Source: Octopus bimaculoides (taxonomy: Eukaryota). From it: a stretch of DNA of 59,697 nucleotides. Below the pieces are notes generated by a model. That model had not been told where the DNA came from. It searched no databases and saw nothing but the letters and a program-made list of their open reading frames with translations. Positions 26,853-40,600 of the stretch are shown in pieces. Position 1 is the stretch's first letter, and every line of letters begins with the position of its first letter. A program made the position numbers and the translations under genes. The stretch spans positions 34,962,907 to 35,022,603 of the forward strand of contig NC_069002.1 of the NCBI RefSeq assembly GCF_001194135.2, given 5' to 3'.

Positions 26853-29650
26853 GTGTTAGTTTGTTTGTTTGTTTGTTTGTGTCTGTGTGTGTGTGCAAGC
26901 GAGCGTGCGTGTAGCGATTTGTACGTGAGTGTGTGTGTTTGAAATTTGTGTTACTTTGGAAGTGATTACATTTTCTTTTTCGTGACTTTTATGCTTCAAA
27001 TCAAATGAGGTTGTTTTTGGCATGTGCCTTGTAGTGTAGTATATAATTTAGACACACCAGTAAAAGCGCTAAGCTACACCGCTCATAACGTCTCCTATGA
27101 GAAAATAAACAGGCTTAACAACGTTGTGCACGTGCTAAGACACACGGACAAAGATACGTACACGCGCACGAACATACACACAAACACACATTATAAGTGC
27201 CTACGTGTGTGTTGCGTGTGTGTCGGAGCTTATCTTATGTACTTATCAATATATGCTGGCATGTAAGTGGATATGTAATTAAAAGATAATACCCTAAAAA
27301 CATGTATATCTACGCATACACACACATACACATAGACACACACATACACACATAATGCATGCTTATACGCAACTGATAGTTGGACCAGTGGTTCTATACT
27401 ATTCAATGTAACATTGGTCAAGAGAAATACGTCCCTCGCGAGTTTATCTCTCTCTATCTCTCTCTGTATTTCTCTCCATCTCTCTCCGCACGCTCTTCCT
27501 CTCTCTAAATACATATGTATATATACACATGTATATATATATATATCTTATACATTATATGCATATAATATATGCGATAAGCTATGTGCATATAATAAGA
27601 ATATATAATTACACAAATATGCATGCATATACATATACTCACATTTGTGTGAACGTATATATATGTATATACATATGTATATATGCATATACGGAGACAG
27701 AGAGGTGTTGTGTGTGCGTGCGTGTGTACTTACATAGTTATAGAGATACATATAAATATATTCATAAGTATATATGTGACGCGAAGAATTTGCTTATATA
27801 AGGGAAAGCATGTGCACAGGTATATTTTTTTGTGCTTGCATATTTATTTATACATGTGATAGTGTATGTATGTATGTCAGAGCATGTGATGGCGAATATA
27901 TTGCATGAACATACATATATATATANNNNNNNNNNNNNNNNNNNNNNNNNNNNNNNNNNNNNNNNNNNNNNNNNNNNNNNNNNNNNNNNNNNNNNNNNNN
28001 NNNNNNNNNNNNNNNNNNNNNNNNNNNNNNNNNNNNNNNNNNNNNNNNNNNNNNNNNNNNNNNNNNNNNNNNNNNNNNNNNNNNNNNNNNNNNNNNNNNN
28101 NNNNNNNNNNNNNNNNNNNNNNNNNNNNNNNNNNNNNNNNNNNNNNNNNNNNNNNNNNNNNNNNNNNNNNNNNNNNNNNNNNNNNNNNNNNNNNNNNNNN
28201 NNNNNNNNNNNNNNNNNNNNNNNNNNNNNNNNNNNNNNNNNNNNNNNNNNNNNNNNNNNNNNNNNNNNNNNNNNNNNNNNNNNNNNNNNNNNNNNNNNNN
28301 NNNNNNNNNNNNNNNNNNNNNNNNNNNNNNNNNNNNNNNNNNNNNNNNNNNNNNNNNNNNNNNNNNNNNNNNNNNNNNNNNNNNNNNNNNNNNNNNNNNN
28401 NNNNNNNNNNNNNNNNNNNNNNNNNNNNNNNNNNNNNNNNNNNNNNNNNNNNNNNNNNNNNNNNNNNNNNNNNNNNNNNNNNNNNNNNNNNNNNNNNNNN
28501 NNNNNNNNNNNNNNNNNNNNNNNNNNNNNNNNNNNNNNNNNNNNNNNNNNNNNNNNNNNNNNNNNNNNNNNNNNNNNNNNNATATATATATATATAAATT
28601 CTTCTCCTCCTACGTTGCTTTTATGTTTATCACTGAATTATCAGAGGTGCATTTATTAAAATTAATGTAGCGATAACTAATGATTACTAGACTTCATATC
28701 CAGCATCTAGCTAATTAGTATAATTACCGTTCTGATATTACAGTTCGCTGTTTTTAATATTAAAGGTAATAAATTTATAATAACGTAAGAATTGTAATAT
28801 ACATTTACTGTATATTGGTAATACAGAAATTTTAATATTTCTGTTGGAATTAATATCATCTCGTGAACGTAAATATAACTGTTGCTGGTGTACAACTTAT
28901 TGATTTCTTATCGTGAGTAGAATATCTTGGATTTATAATATAATAAATTGGTGAAATGGGATTGTGTGATGTTGAAATATCTGTGTGTTTGTATGTGTTT
29001 GTGCGTGCTGTTCTCGAAAATAATTGGCAATGAAATTTAAGTGAAATTCATGATGACATTCATAAAACGAAAACACATATCAGACGCGTTCATTGTAGTC
29101 AGGAGCGTACTGTTTCGTTCAGATACGAAGTTTGAATATGATGCGCTGTGGTATTTACCGATGTGTTTCATTGCTTTCTTTGCATTTTATAAAGAATATC
29201 GTTTCTATGATACCATAGAATGGCGAATGAACTAAAGAAACTAACTGTACGATTCTTGGTATTTTCTATACACCTAGCAGTCCGTAGCATTTCAGTTTCC
29301 ACTGCTATAATCACTGTTGATATATTACTAACATATACAAACACACACACACACACACACACAATCTATGTATCTACGTGCATGGCATTGTGTGTGTGAG
29401 CGCGCGTTTGGGGGGGTGTCTGTTTGTATGTCATTGTTTAGTTTTATTTTAAAATTTCTTGCTAATAAACAGCTGGTTTCTAACCTAGATCCAAGGCTCC
29501 TATATTGAAATACCTGTATGAACAGGATATTTTTGTTTGTATGAATAGTTGCAGATTTGTATATTTTGCCGAACCGCTAAATTACGTGGGTGTAAATGCA
29601 CCAGCGATGTTGGAGTGACACACACACACACACACACACACACGTATACA

Positions 29651-29739
29651 TACGACGGGCTTCTTTCAGTGTCCGTTTACCAAATCCACCCACTAGGCTT
29701 TGGTCGGCCCGAGGCGATAGTAGAAAACACTTGCCTAAG
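29651..29739 (-). mobile_element. SINE family B fragment abutting a family A copy
   Basis: acgacgggcttctttcagtgtccgtttaccaaatccacccactaggctttggtcggcccgaggcgatagtagaaaacacttgcc. Confidence 0.85.
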
Positions 29740-29950
29740 CTGTCAAACTTTAGCACGCCGGGCTAAATGCTTAACTGTATTTCGTCTGTCTTTACTTTCC
29801 GAGTTCAAATTCTGCCGAGGTCAACTTTGCCTTTCATTATTTCGGGATGGATAAATTAAATACCATTTGCATACTAGGGTCGATCTAATCCTCTCGTCCC
29901 CTCCCCCAAAATTTCGGGCCTTATGCCTAGAGTAGAAAAGATTATTATTA
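29739..29950 (+). mobile_element. SINE family A copy ending in (ATT)n
   Basis: tagcacgccgggctaaatgcttaactgtatttcgtctg...gagttcaaattctgccgagg...gcctagagtagaaaagattattatta. Confidence 0.87.
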
Positions 29951-30263
29951 AGTGAGAGAGCAGTGCATGCCATCAAAGTGACACTGGGATAAAATATACG
30001 AAGCCCGGTATACCCGTCATGAGCTCTCGTCTGATAACGGTACACCAGGCCCATGCACCATGCCCAGATGTGCGCGACTTGGTGATCTCATATCAAGTTT
30101 AACAGCGCATAGCCATGCAGGTGGAGCCCGGTTAGAATTTTCTTCAAGTCAAATAGCCCATCCCGCTCAAAAGTCCCTGAATAAGGGTTGTTTAAGGATG
30201 TTGAACGAAACAGCCATGTTTCCAGATGTGAATTATCCAAACCCCGAAGTATTCCTCTCAACG

Positions 30264-30326
30264 GTAGACGAAATACCGCTAAGCATTTCGTCTGGCGAGC
30301 TAACATTCTCTTCCAGCTCACCGCCT
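30264..30326 (-). mobile_element. SINE family A head fragment
   Basis: gtagacgaaataccgctaagcatttcgtctggcgagctaac...ccagctcaccgcc. Confidence 0.8.
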
Positions 30327-30840
30327 TCATGTACGTATGTATGTACGTATGTATGTATGTATGTATAATAGCTACCTGTACATCATGCTACATTACGCTA
30401 AATCTGCTCTTTTAAAAATGTCTAATAATCTCGGCTTAGATTTAGCAATCAGCGCTAACTTCAAAGGTATTTCAGCAATGACTAACCCAGCGCCGTCGCT
30501 AAGCCCCTGCAGCCCCTGTGGTCGCAGGAGGCCTCCGCGGTTGAAGGGCCACATGTTAAGATCAAAGCACACATCTACTTTAGTTAAGTTCACTGAAAAT
30601 TTGAAGCCAGAAGAGGGAAAATATACGAGGGTGTACTCTAAATAAATTTAAAAGAAATCAAAAAAATAAATGAAACGAGCTTGTCAACGAATTCCCTAGG
30701 GAGATAAAAGAAAAACGAAAGAAATGCAAAACAGTGAAAATAAGAACTACTTAGATAAATGATTTAAAATAATAAAAAAAGAACACCTTCCGAAAAATTT
30801 AAATAAATATTAACCGATTTACCCACGTACCAAAACTTGG

Positions 30841-31005
30841 CCGCATTTCGTTCGTCCTCACGTTCTGAGCTCTAATTCCACTGCGGTCATTTTTGCATTT
30901 TTTTGTTTTGGGTTCGATAAAATAAATACCAGTCAAGGACCGGGATTGATAAAATCGACTTAACCCTTTACCGAAAATGCTGGCCTTATATCAAAATTTG
31001 AAACC
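30841..31005 (+). mobile_element. Diverged SINE family A copy
   Basis: catttcgttcgtcctcacgttctgagctctaattcc...gggttcgataaaataaataccagt...aatcgactt. Confidence 0.65.
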
Positions 31006-31502
31006 AACATGTCTTGCCAAAGTTAAGGTATCAACGTGTTAAAATAAATCCTGTCACACACACACATTTCCAGCTATTGTCTAGGAGCAACAAAAGCCAC
31101 ATTGAATTACGCAGTCCCGATAATGACGAAATAACAGATGATATGGCCAGACTTGGAATACATCATTTTGTGTCTGTAGCTCTCTTCTTTCTATTTTTTG
31201 TTTTTTTTACTTTCTTTCTCTTACGAATTTGCTCTTAATCGCACTCTGTGTATCCTTGCGTAAGTCGCAGTGTCGGTTGGGCTATAACCCACTCCACCTC
31301 TCATAATCACCACATCGGTTTTAGCCGATCATTCAGTCTTCCTCTTACTTTCTCTCTCTCCTCCCCTATCTTTCTCTTTCTCCCGAAGCAATACAGACAG
31401 TCATCTAATTGACTTCACTTCTTGAAATCATTAACAAAAATCGATACAACATGTCTGACACGTTAACGTCATCCTTATCTTATTTTCTCGAAATACATAA
31501 AT

Positions 31503-31542
<40 letters not shown>

Positions 31543-33002
31543 NNNNNNNNNNNNNNNNNNNNNNNNNNNNNNNNNNNNNNNNNNNNNNNNNNNNNNNNNN
31601 NNNNNNNNNNNNNNNNNNNNNNNNNNNNNNNNNNNNNNNNNNNNNNNNNNNNNNNNNNNNNNNNNNNNNNNNNNNNNNNNNNNNNNNNNNNNNNNNNNNN
31701 NNNNNNNNNNNNNNNNNNNNNNNNNNNNNNNNNNNNNNNNNNNNNNNNNNNNNNNNNNNNNNNNNNNNNNNNNNNNNNNNNNNNNNNNNNNNNNNNNNNN
31801 NNNNNNNNNNNNNNNNNNNNNNNNNNNNNNNNNNNNNNNNNNNNNNNNNNNNNNNNNNNNNNNNNNNNNNNNNNNNNNNNNNNNNNNNNNNNNNNNNNNN
31901 NNNNNNNNNNNNNNNNNNNNNNNNNNNNNNNNNNNNNNNNNNNNNNNNNNNNNNNNNNNNNNNNNNNNNNNNNNNNNNNNNNNNNNNNNNNNNNNNNNNN
32001 NNNNNNNNNNNNNNNNNNNNNNNNNNNNNNNNNNNNNNNNNNNNNNNNNNNNNNNNNNNNNNNNNNNNNNNNNNNNNNNNNNNNNNNNNNNNNNNNNNNN
32101 NNNNNNNNNNNNNNNNNNNNNNNNNNNNNNNNNNNNNNNNNNNNNNNNNNNNNNNNNNNNNNNNNNNNNNNNNNNNNNNNNNNNNNNNNNNNNNNNNNNN
32201 NNNNNNNNNNNNNNNNNNNNNNNNNNNNNNNNNNNNNNNNNNNNNNNNNNNNNNNNNNNNNNNNNNNNNNNNNNNNNNNNNNNNNNNNNNNNNNNNNNNN
32301 NNNNNNNNNNNNNNNNNNNNNNNNNNNNNNNNNNNNNNNNNNNNNNNNNNNNNNNNNNNNNNNNNNNNNNNNNNNNNNNNNNNNNNNNNNNNNNNNNNNN
32401 NNNNNNNNNNNNNNNNNNNNNNNNNNNNNNNNNNNNNNNNNNNNNNNNNNNNNNNNNNNNNNNNNNNNNNNNNNNNNNNNNNNNNNNNNNNNNNNNNNNN
32501 NNNNNNNNNNNNNNNNNATATATATATATATATAATCTTCACTCTCCTACATCTCTTAATTGTTTCAGAAGTTACAATGCAGCCATACTGGAGCTCCGCA
32601 TTGACGAGTATTAGTCGAAAGAATCGACACTTACTGAATTTTAAGCGCGGCACTTGTAATATTGGCTATTTTGCCGACACAAAGATACCAAAATCGACAG
32701 TAGAACGTCGTTGGGGAACACAGAAAGACACACACGCACGCACGCACTTCAACAGAAGCACCGAATCTGTGGACAGATATCACTGGCGCTACATGTATCC
32801 CGTCGTCTTTGTTTTATGACTACGCTCTGTTATAATCCGTAAGGTGAAAGTCATTTACGAATGTAGAGAAATATGCTAGCCGATGTATATCAAATAATTA
32901 TAAAGAAGACGAACACACACACTGTACATATGTTAATAATTAACACATTTGCATAAACTAAACAGTGATGTCCATGGTAAAACCGATTCATCTATAGTTA
33001 TT

Positions 33003-33345
33003 CAGGGGTGGCTCTGTGGTAAGGATCAGTCCCACTACGTGGAACCTCGGGTAGGTATCTTCTACTATAGCCGCAAACCGGCCAAATCTTTTTCAGATGT
33101 ATATGTATATATATCTATGTGTAGGTGTATTTCTGTCTGTTGCGCCCTCCAGCACCACTTGCCAACCTGTGTTGATGTGTTTGCATTCCCGTAATTTAGC
33201 GGTCCGCAAAACGATTCGACAAAAAGGTAACCCGTTTAAGAACAGAAGTACTGGGGTCGATTCATTCGCCTAAAAGTTCAGGGGTCGTGGCCAACCATTA
33301 CAACAGTGTAATGACGGAAACAAACAGCTAAAAAGATATATTATC
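33003..33345 (+). mobile_element. Diverged SINE family B, head-to-tail
   Basis: gtggctctgtggtaagg...cagtcccactacgtgg...tcttctactatagcc...gtaatttagcggtccgcaaaa...ctggggtcgattcattcg...aatgacggaaacaa. Confidence 0.7.
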
Positions 33346-33885
33346 TGGCAATTTCTTTGATCTGTTGTGAGATTACATTAAGGGGAATACTGAAAGCATT
33401 ATATAAAATAATCCCTCATCATATCGCGGTTTGTTATTTAAGCTTACCTCGATTACTCTATGGTGTTGTTTTGCATTTATGATAACATAAATATGTATAA
33501 ATTATTTTTAAAATATATACTGTACAGTAATGTTTCTACTTCGGATTTTTACCTATCACGGCGTCTTTGGTACGTAACAGCCGCGATAGCCGAGGTATTA
33601 CTGGACTATAAATTATTGCAAAAGAAAATATTTTCTTGGTGTAATCTATCTATTTCTTCTCAGTGAGTCTTTTTTAAAACTGCTGGTTACATCACTGTTA
33701 TAAGGCAATCGTTTCCTTGCCATTCATAACAGACTTACAGAAGTCTCGTTCACGATCTTACATGTTTATTTTTCCATTTTTTTTTTAAATAATACTTCAA
33801 CTGAGAAAGTGAGCCTTCTATTTCTCTTCTTCCAACTTCAGCGCTCCTTGTTTTGTTTTGTCACTTTGTAAGAATCTGCCATCAA

Positions 33886-34110
33886 GAGCTGGCAGAAACG
33901 TTAGCGCGCCGGGCTAAATGCTTAGCGGTATTTCGTCTGCCGTTACGTTCTGAGTTCAAATTCCGCCGAGGTCGACTTTGCCTTTCATCCTTTCGGGGTC
34001 GATACATTAAGTAGCAGTTACGCACTGGGGTCGATGTAATTGACTTAATCCCCTTGTCTGTCCTCGTTTGTCCACTCTCTGTTTGGCCCCTTGTGGACAA
34101 TAAAGAAATG
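33886..34110 (+). mobile_element. SINE family A, best-preserved copy, with 17-nt TSD
   Basis: gagctggcagaaacgttagcgcgccgggctaaatgcttagcggtatttcgtctgccgttacgttctgagttcaaattccgccgagg... flanked by agaatctgccatcaaga (33871-33887) and agaatctgcaatcaaga (34111-34127). Confidence 0.93.
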
Positions 34111-34129
34111 AGAATCTGCAATCAAGAAT

Positions 34130-34430
34130 ACTCGTGTGCAGCTCTTGACCTTGTTTCGTTGGAACAACAGATTATGATGTTCTGTCAAGGACGTCGCAGA
34201 GGCTGTCGACATCGGCTTGCGTCGTCAGAGCAAAAACGATAATCTTCGGTAGCCTTCCATTGTCCATTCTTTACAAACGACCAGCCAAGTGCTGCTGTGG
34301 CTTGATGGTTATCGCCTATACGCTCGTTGTTTTAGCGACACGTACGTGTTGCTCTACTCGAGATTCCATTTAATAACCTGAAGTGAGGTGAGAATGTGTT
34401 GGCTCAAACCATTCGAGACGTTTCATGGGA
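34130..34430 (-). mobile_element. Decayed RTE-like LINE 3' fragment
   Basis: Minus-strand IKWNLE*SNTYV and AITIKPQQHLAGRL*RMDNGRLPKIIVF (cf. IKWQDRV.NTEV...LRWAGHV.RMD..RLPK..F). Confidence 0.6.
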
Positions 34431-34771
34431 GCATTTCACGTGGCCCAACTAAAAGATGTGTGCTGTTTATTATTAATACATGTAAAGTGTAAGTCAGGTT
34501 ATCTTCGTCTGGCTTAAGTAATTTTGATAAAGCTTTATATACGCAACTTGGCCAGCATGTATACTGTCGCTCGAACAATAAATACCCACACATACCTATA
34601 TGCATACATATATACACACATACACAGACACACACTCATACATATGTGTGTTTGCAGGAGCAGCAACTATATACATATATACATACACACATATACATAT
34701 GCGTGTTTGTAGGAGCAGCAGATATGTATATAAATATATAGATATATGCATATGTATCTCTGTCTGTCTAT

Positions 34772-34772
<1 letters not shown>

Positions 34773-34819
<47 letters not shown>

Positions 34820-34851
34820 TTTCTCTCTCTTTCTCTCTCTTTCTCTCTCTT

Positions 34852-34898
<47 letters not shown>

Positions 34899-34899
34899 G

Positions 34900-34931
<32 letters not shown>
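34773..34931. repeat. (CT)n with 10-bp higher-order period (TTCTCTCTCT), then (TA)n and (CA)n
   Basis: Directly visible. Confidence 0.93.
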
Positions 34932-34935
<4 letters not shown>

Positions 34936-35510
34936 TGCACAGACAGAAGCAGAGAGGCACAGCGAGAGATAAAGTTAGATGCAGGGCTTAGATAAATGGA
35001 TGGTTACTGAGAGTGAGAGAGTTGTATGTAATATATGGTAGTCGTGTGTGTGTGTATGTATGTATGTATGCAACAAAATGTGTTTGTATATGTATGTATC
35101 TATCTTAGTATAAACGTTTATATGTGTGTGTGTGTGTGTGTGCGCAGGCATTCCCACATATAGGCACTGTTTTGTTTCTTTGTCTCAAAAGATGATGAAT
35201 AATATGTTTGTTTCGAATGTTATGTTTAAAAATCGATATTGTTGATTGAAAGCAATAAGAAGCACAACAGGAACAGCGGCACAACAACAACAGTAACTTC
35301 GGCTGCAGCAGCAACAATAAAAATACAAAGACACTGAATCTTTTTTTTTTAAATGTAAAATAAAAAAATACATTTTTAAAAAATGATTAAGCTTTGTATT
35401 ACTTCTATTTGAGTGTTTGTTTTTTCGTACTTGAAATAGTGTCTGTCTGTGTAATGTGTGATATATTTAAATTTGCCTAGAGATATTTCAATATATATAT
35501 ATACTGATTC

Positions 35511-35513
<3 letters not shown>

Positions 35514-35560
<47 letters not shown>

Positions 35561-35562
35561 CT

Positions 35563-35646
<84 letters not shown>

Positions 35647-35660
35647 TAGATAGATAGATA
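35514..35660. repeat. (CA)n plus long (TA)n plus (TAGA)n
   Basis: Directly visible. Confidence 0.95.
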
Positions 35661-35949
35661 TGTATATGTATGCACATATGTATGTATATACTCACATATA
35701 TTTGTGAGAGAGAGAGGGAAAGAAACTGTCTCTGTATGTACATATATACACATATATACACATATATACGTACGTAGATACATACATATCACGTGCACCA
35801 AGAGTAATGAAGTGAAATAAACAGATTTAAATCCCTTCCTTAACTCACAGATTGTGAAATGTTTGTGTGAGTGTGTATGATCTGTATGCTTTTATAAATA
35901 TATATATATACATAGAGAGAGAGAGTCAGACAGACAGAGGTGTATATAT

Positions 35950-37540
35950 TCCCTTTTGTGAAGAGGGGCTTCGATATTACGTAACTTCGGTTCATTTGTA
36001 AGTTTGGGCAACAGGAGATCAAGTTTGTTTTTCAAAACGCCTTCCTCTATTTTATATAAATCTCTCAGATTGTTTGGCCAGGCATTAAATAGTCGTGGGT
36101 CTTTGAACCCGAAACTATTGAAGTACATGTTCCTCATTCCAGACGGGATGACTGAAACCTTTTGCAACAGTACAGCGACGCCCATTTCGGTTGTTGTTGT
36201 AGCTCAAGTTGCCAGAGTTTGTTGCTAAACTCCCCAGGGGACTTCATTATTTATATCCCTGGATATTTCTGCCATTTTCGCCTGAGGGAGTAGAGCCGTA
36301 GTTCTTTCTGTGTCTCCCAGTGGCTCAGATATCTGATGTTGGTGTAGTACCGCTGAACTCCAACTAGTTCTGCTTTTAATTTGACATCGTAGCATAACCA
36401 AAGATGAGAGCAGTGTCCAGTCACTTGAGTAGAAATGTCTTCCAGAGAACCAGTATATTTTCCTGGACCTTATTCTGAATTTTCTAATCCATTTGGCCAT
36501 TTGCCTACACATTGCCACGTCATGTCATGGTGATATGCACGTGAAACGAAACGTTGTCACGCATGTAAACTCCCAGATCACGCACTGTACTTGACTCTGA
36601 GATTGAGGCTCCTTTGGGTTCAAAATTAGCTGTGGTGCTGCATGTTAGCACTAGGTAGATGATAGTGGAGTGGTTGGAATTTTCCGACATTAAATTGCAC
36701 ATTTTCTTCAACCCGTTTATATACAAGATCTAGGTCTTTTTGTAGAGGTTTAGCATCAAAAATTTCCGTCACTGCTTTTACTACTTTTGTATTGTCGGCA
36801 AAGCTTGTGTGTCTGACTGTGTGACATGTCTGAAGGAGCTACCACAAACTGCAGATGCTCGAATGCTGTTCCCCGAGGCATTACACTCTCTATTACTGTT
36901 TCCTTGGAGCCACATCTTTACTTCGGTCTTTCAAGACGTCTGGTAACCAGTTTTCAGATTGTGCCGAGTCTCCGCTGCTTGTGAGACATCATCCTATAAT
37001 CGGACTTATTAAAGTTCTTTGTGAAATGAAGATATATCGCCTCCACGTTTGAGCGATACATTAGTTCTTTCGACGCCCATTCGTAATACTGCAGAAACTG
37101 TGTAAAGGGACATTATCCTGAGAGGAAATCCTGCTGGGTGTCAAGAACAAGTCATTATCTTACTGGAACCTGATCAACTTCCTCCCGACAACGGGTTCCA
37201 TCACTTTGCTGAGATGTGAGGTTAGAAATCCAGGCCTATAATATTTAGAAAATATCCTGCGGTTTTCTGCGGATCATACAGTGTTAGTTCTATTACGTTA
37301 TGCTCCAAGAAAATCCGTCAGTGTCGCATTAACATTATGGATGAGCACCGTGTTACTTAAGAAGCAACAGTTTTACCCCTTGTTGAGTGGAGCACTATTT
37401 GCAACATAAAAAGCATATTTGTGTGCAGAGAAGGCGGCCCCCAGACCATTCGACTTGAACGAGGTTGAAGTCTTTTAGAAGAAGTATGTGAGGGCTGTCA
37501 TCGAAAGTGTATTTCAAAATCTGACGAATAGGCGTTCCGA
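35950..37540 (-). mobile_element. Decayed CR1/L2-type LINE ORF2 (RT domain and C-terminus, EN remnant)
   Basis: Minus-strand motifs across frames: YRP...LTSHLSKVMEPVV, AIYLHFTK, SFADNTK (YADD position), SESSTVRDLGVYMRDNVSFHVHI, MCRQMAKWIRKFRIRSR, YFNSFGFKDPRLFNAWPNNLRDL...KNKLDLLL..LTNEP; PHILLLKDFNL near 37460-37490. Confidence 0.88.
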
Positions 37541-37629
37541 TGTGTTTCTCTTAGTGGCATAGGCATAGCTGGATTACATATCACTGTTACACATATTATA
37601 TATATGCATTTGTGTTTGCTTGTGTGTGC

Positions 37630-37679
<50 letters not shown>

Positions 37680-40600
37680 ATACTATAGATATAAATACTA
37701 TATTCACATACATTTGTGTGCTTATATGTGTGTCTGCTTGTGTGCGTACATACTCATTGATCGTACGTTAACAAAAGAGTAAATTATGCATACATACGTT
37801 CACATACACAAACATATATGTATACATACGTAAAAAAGAAAATCAAAGTTAAAAGAAAAGGAAGTAATACAAAGAAAATGAATAGAAAAATGTAAGGAGA
37901 AAAAATAAGGCAAAGAGCAAGGAGTATAACAGGAATAACTCGAAGAAACGAAATAAAATGTTTAAATACGTAAGCGTGAAGAAGAGAAAGAAAATGAAAA
38001 GAAGGAATCGTCAAATTACTAACAGTTCAAAAGATATATGTGAGTCGATATAAAGCACAGCGTTTGTAACTTCTTATGTTAATTAATTCAAATTATGGGT
38101 TTGTGTCTTTGGCTTATTTTAGTTACAACTAGTCATTCGGCTAATGATTTTCATTCTCATCACTAAAGAGTGTCATTGTAGTTAATGAAATCATCTCGAG
38201 TCTCAACGCTAAGTACGTTAGCACCCATTTTACTAATACTATCTCAAGTAGATTAATTCTTCGATTCTGTTTAATTTCTTTTCATGCTGTCTAATTCTTT
38301 CATCAGCTCTTATTCTCTCATTCTCATTGATTCTATAATTCTCCTTCGGTGCTTCTGTTGTTATGATGCTAAACCGAATAATCTCATTAATCTATTGCTT
38401 CCAAAAACAACAAAAAACAATGACCGTAGAGAAACAAAAAAGCATTTTGGCAGATTGTTTGGTTCTTTCGCTCAGTGATATTTGCTTTCCGTTATTTATT
38501 CTTTATTTGGCAATTCATTAGTCCCTACCAAGATACAGATTTCTCTTCTTCCAGAGAGTAAATATTGGTTTCAAATTCATTCCGCGTCCCCACACTTTTT
38601 TATCTCCCTCTGAATATGTACACCTACGCATACAAATATATACAAGATCGGAAGNNNNNNNNNNNNNNNNNNNNNNNNNNNNNNNNNNNNNNNNNNNNNN
38701 NNNNNNNNNNNNNNNNNNNNNNNNNNNNNNNNNNNNNNNNNNNNNNNNNNNNNNNNNNNNNNNNNNNNNNNNNNNNNNNNNNNNNNNNNNNNNNNNNNNN
38801 NNNNNNNNNNNNNNNNNNNNNNNNNNNNNNNNNNNNNNNNNNNNNNNNNNNNNNNNNNNNNNNNNNNNNNNNNNNNNNNNNNNNNNNNNNNNNNNNNNNN
38901 NNNNNNNNNNNNNNNNNNNNNNNNNNNNNNNNNNNNNNNNNNNNNNNNNNNNNNNNNNNNNNNNNNNNNNNNNNNNNNNNNNNNNNNNNNNNNNNNNNNN
39001 NNNNNNNNNNNNNACACACACACGCATACATACGTACATATATACATAAAGGGATATAGAAATATACAGAGAGAGAGAGAGAGAGAAACGGTCAGAGGTG
39101 AGCTTGTACGTACATAAAGGCATAGTGCTTCGTCTCTGTCTGTGTGGACGCAGTGGCTGTGTCTGAGTGAATGTGTATATAAATATACACGCCGTTTCAA
39201 TTGAATTTGTCCGTATTAGTCGTAAGATATCTGTTCTTGTTTGTATTTGTAATTAGGTAACATTTTCTCCATTTTCTCGTTTTTTCGTCTGTGTTGTCGC
39301 ACATATTCGCTTGCTTCCTTCCAAACATTTAATGCCCTTAGCTTATATTTTTGGGGTCTACCAATTTTGAACAGTCTCAAGTGTAACAGGCCGAAATTGT
39401 AGTGATGATTGGAAGCTTGACTGATAAAAAGATAACCACGAATGTTCCATCCTGGTTTTCCCTGTCCGTCTTTGTATCATCTCTATGTCCGAATATTTAT
39501 ATTGACGTCCGTTACGTTTTTATTCCGTTTTTAGTTTTATATATACATATAGCGGGGTACGTACATCTTTTGTTCGACTTGTAAGTAAGTATTTAAATTC
39601 TGTACGACTTTCTTCTTTCTTTCCTTTTTTTCTTTTTCTTGCTCCCCCTCTCTCATATTTCTTGGCATACTCCTTCTTTAATCTTTCCACTTTCCTCTGT
39701 TATCTTCCTTGTATATTTCCCCCTGTCGTTTCCTCTCTCTTTTTTTGTAGTGTGTCAGAAAATGTCGAATCACAAGTAATATATTTGAACTTATGCACAC
39801 CAAATGAATGTAACGGCTCTATTGCAATCCATTCATTTTTTTCTCTCCAGAAAATACAATATCTCTACATTATTTCGTGAATCAATAGAATTATAAAGCT
39901 TTTAGCTTTGAGCCTTTATATATAATCCTCAGAATGAATAGAAATGAGTACATGAAACATAAATAATTGGGAGTTCGGATCAGTAAATGAACCTCAAATC
40001 AACAAATATTCAAATAAAAATCACAAAATAAATTCCCCTATTATTTCCATTATAAAAACTGCTCAACATTTTCACAGTACCACTTCGATGTTATAGTCAT
40101 ATTCCTTAACGCACCACGCAAATAAGCTAACATTCTTATGCATTGATGTACACTCAGTGTAACAAAAACTTTAAAATATGTTGTGTTAGACAAACGCGCA
40201 CATACACACACCAATACACGCACTCACTTCTACACACATACAGACACGCGTATCATTTGAATCTCTCAGCAAGAGTTTTCACCAGCAGCATAGGTCTGGG
40301 GCACATGTAAGTGCTGAATGGTGATTTCCTAAATATATCATCAGAGGTGAATGAGTGGTTGTAAGGTTAGATAATTGTCTCCCAACTTGTGAGTGGATTT
40401 GCTTGACAGAACCGGAAAGAAGCTCCTTGTGTGTGTGTGTATGTATGTANNNNNNNNNNNNNNNNNNNNNNNNNNNNNNNNNNNNNNNNNNNNNNNNNNN
40501 NNNNNNNNNNNNNNNNNNTATATATATATATATGTGTGTGTGCATGTGCATGTGTGCGTGTGTGCATGCAGGTATGTGTGTGTGTGTGTGCATGTGTGCG

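Noticed and set aside
30337-30645. 102-aa ORF ...PAPSLSPCSPCGRRRPPRLKG...
   Set aside because: Starts in a (TATG)n repeat, has no recognisable domain, and owes its openness to a short GC-rich patch.
1881-34110. CRISPR-like recurring ~35-bp motif (aaaggcaaagtcgacctcggcggaatttgaactcagaacg)
   Set aside because: Dispersed on both strands at irregular distances, embedded in longer homologous units, with no cas genes and a eukaryotic context: SINE copies.
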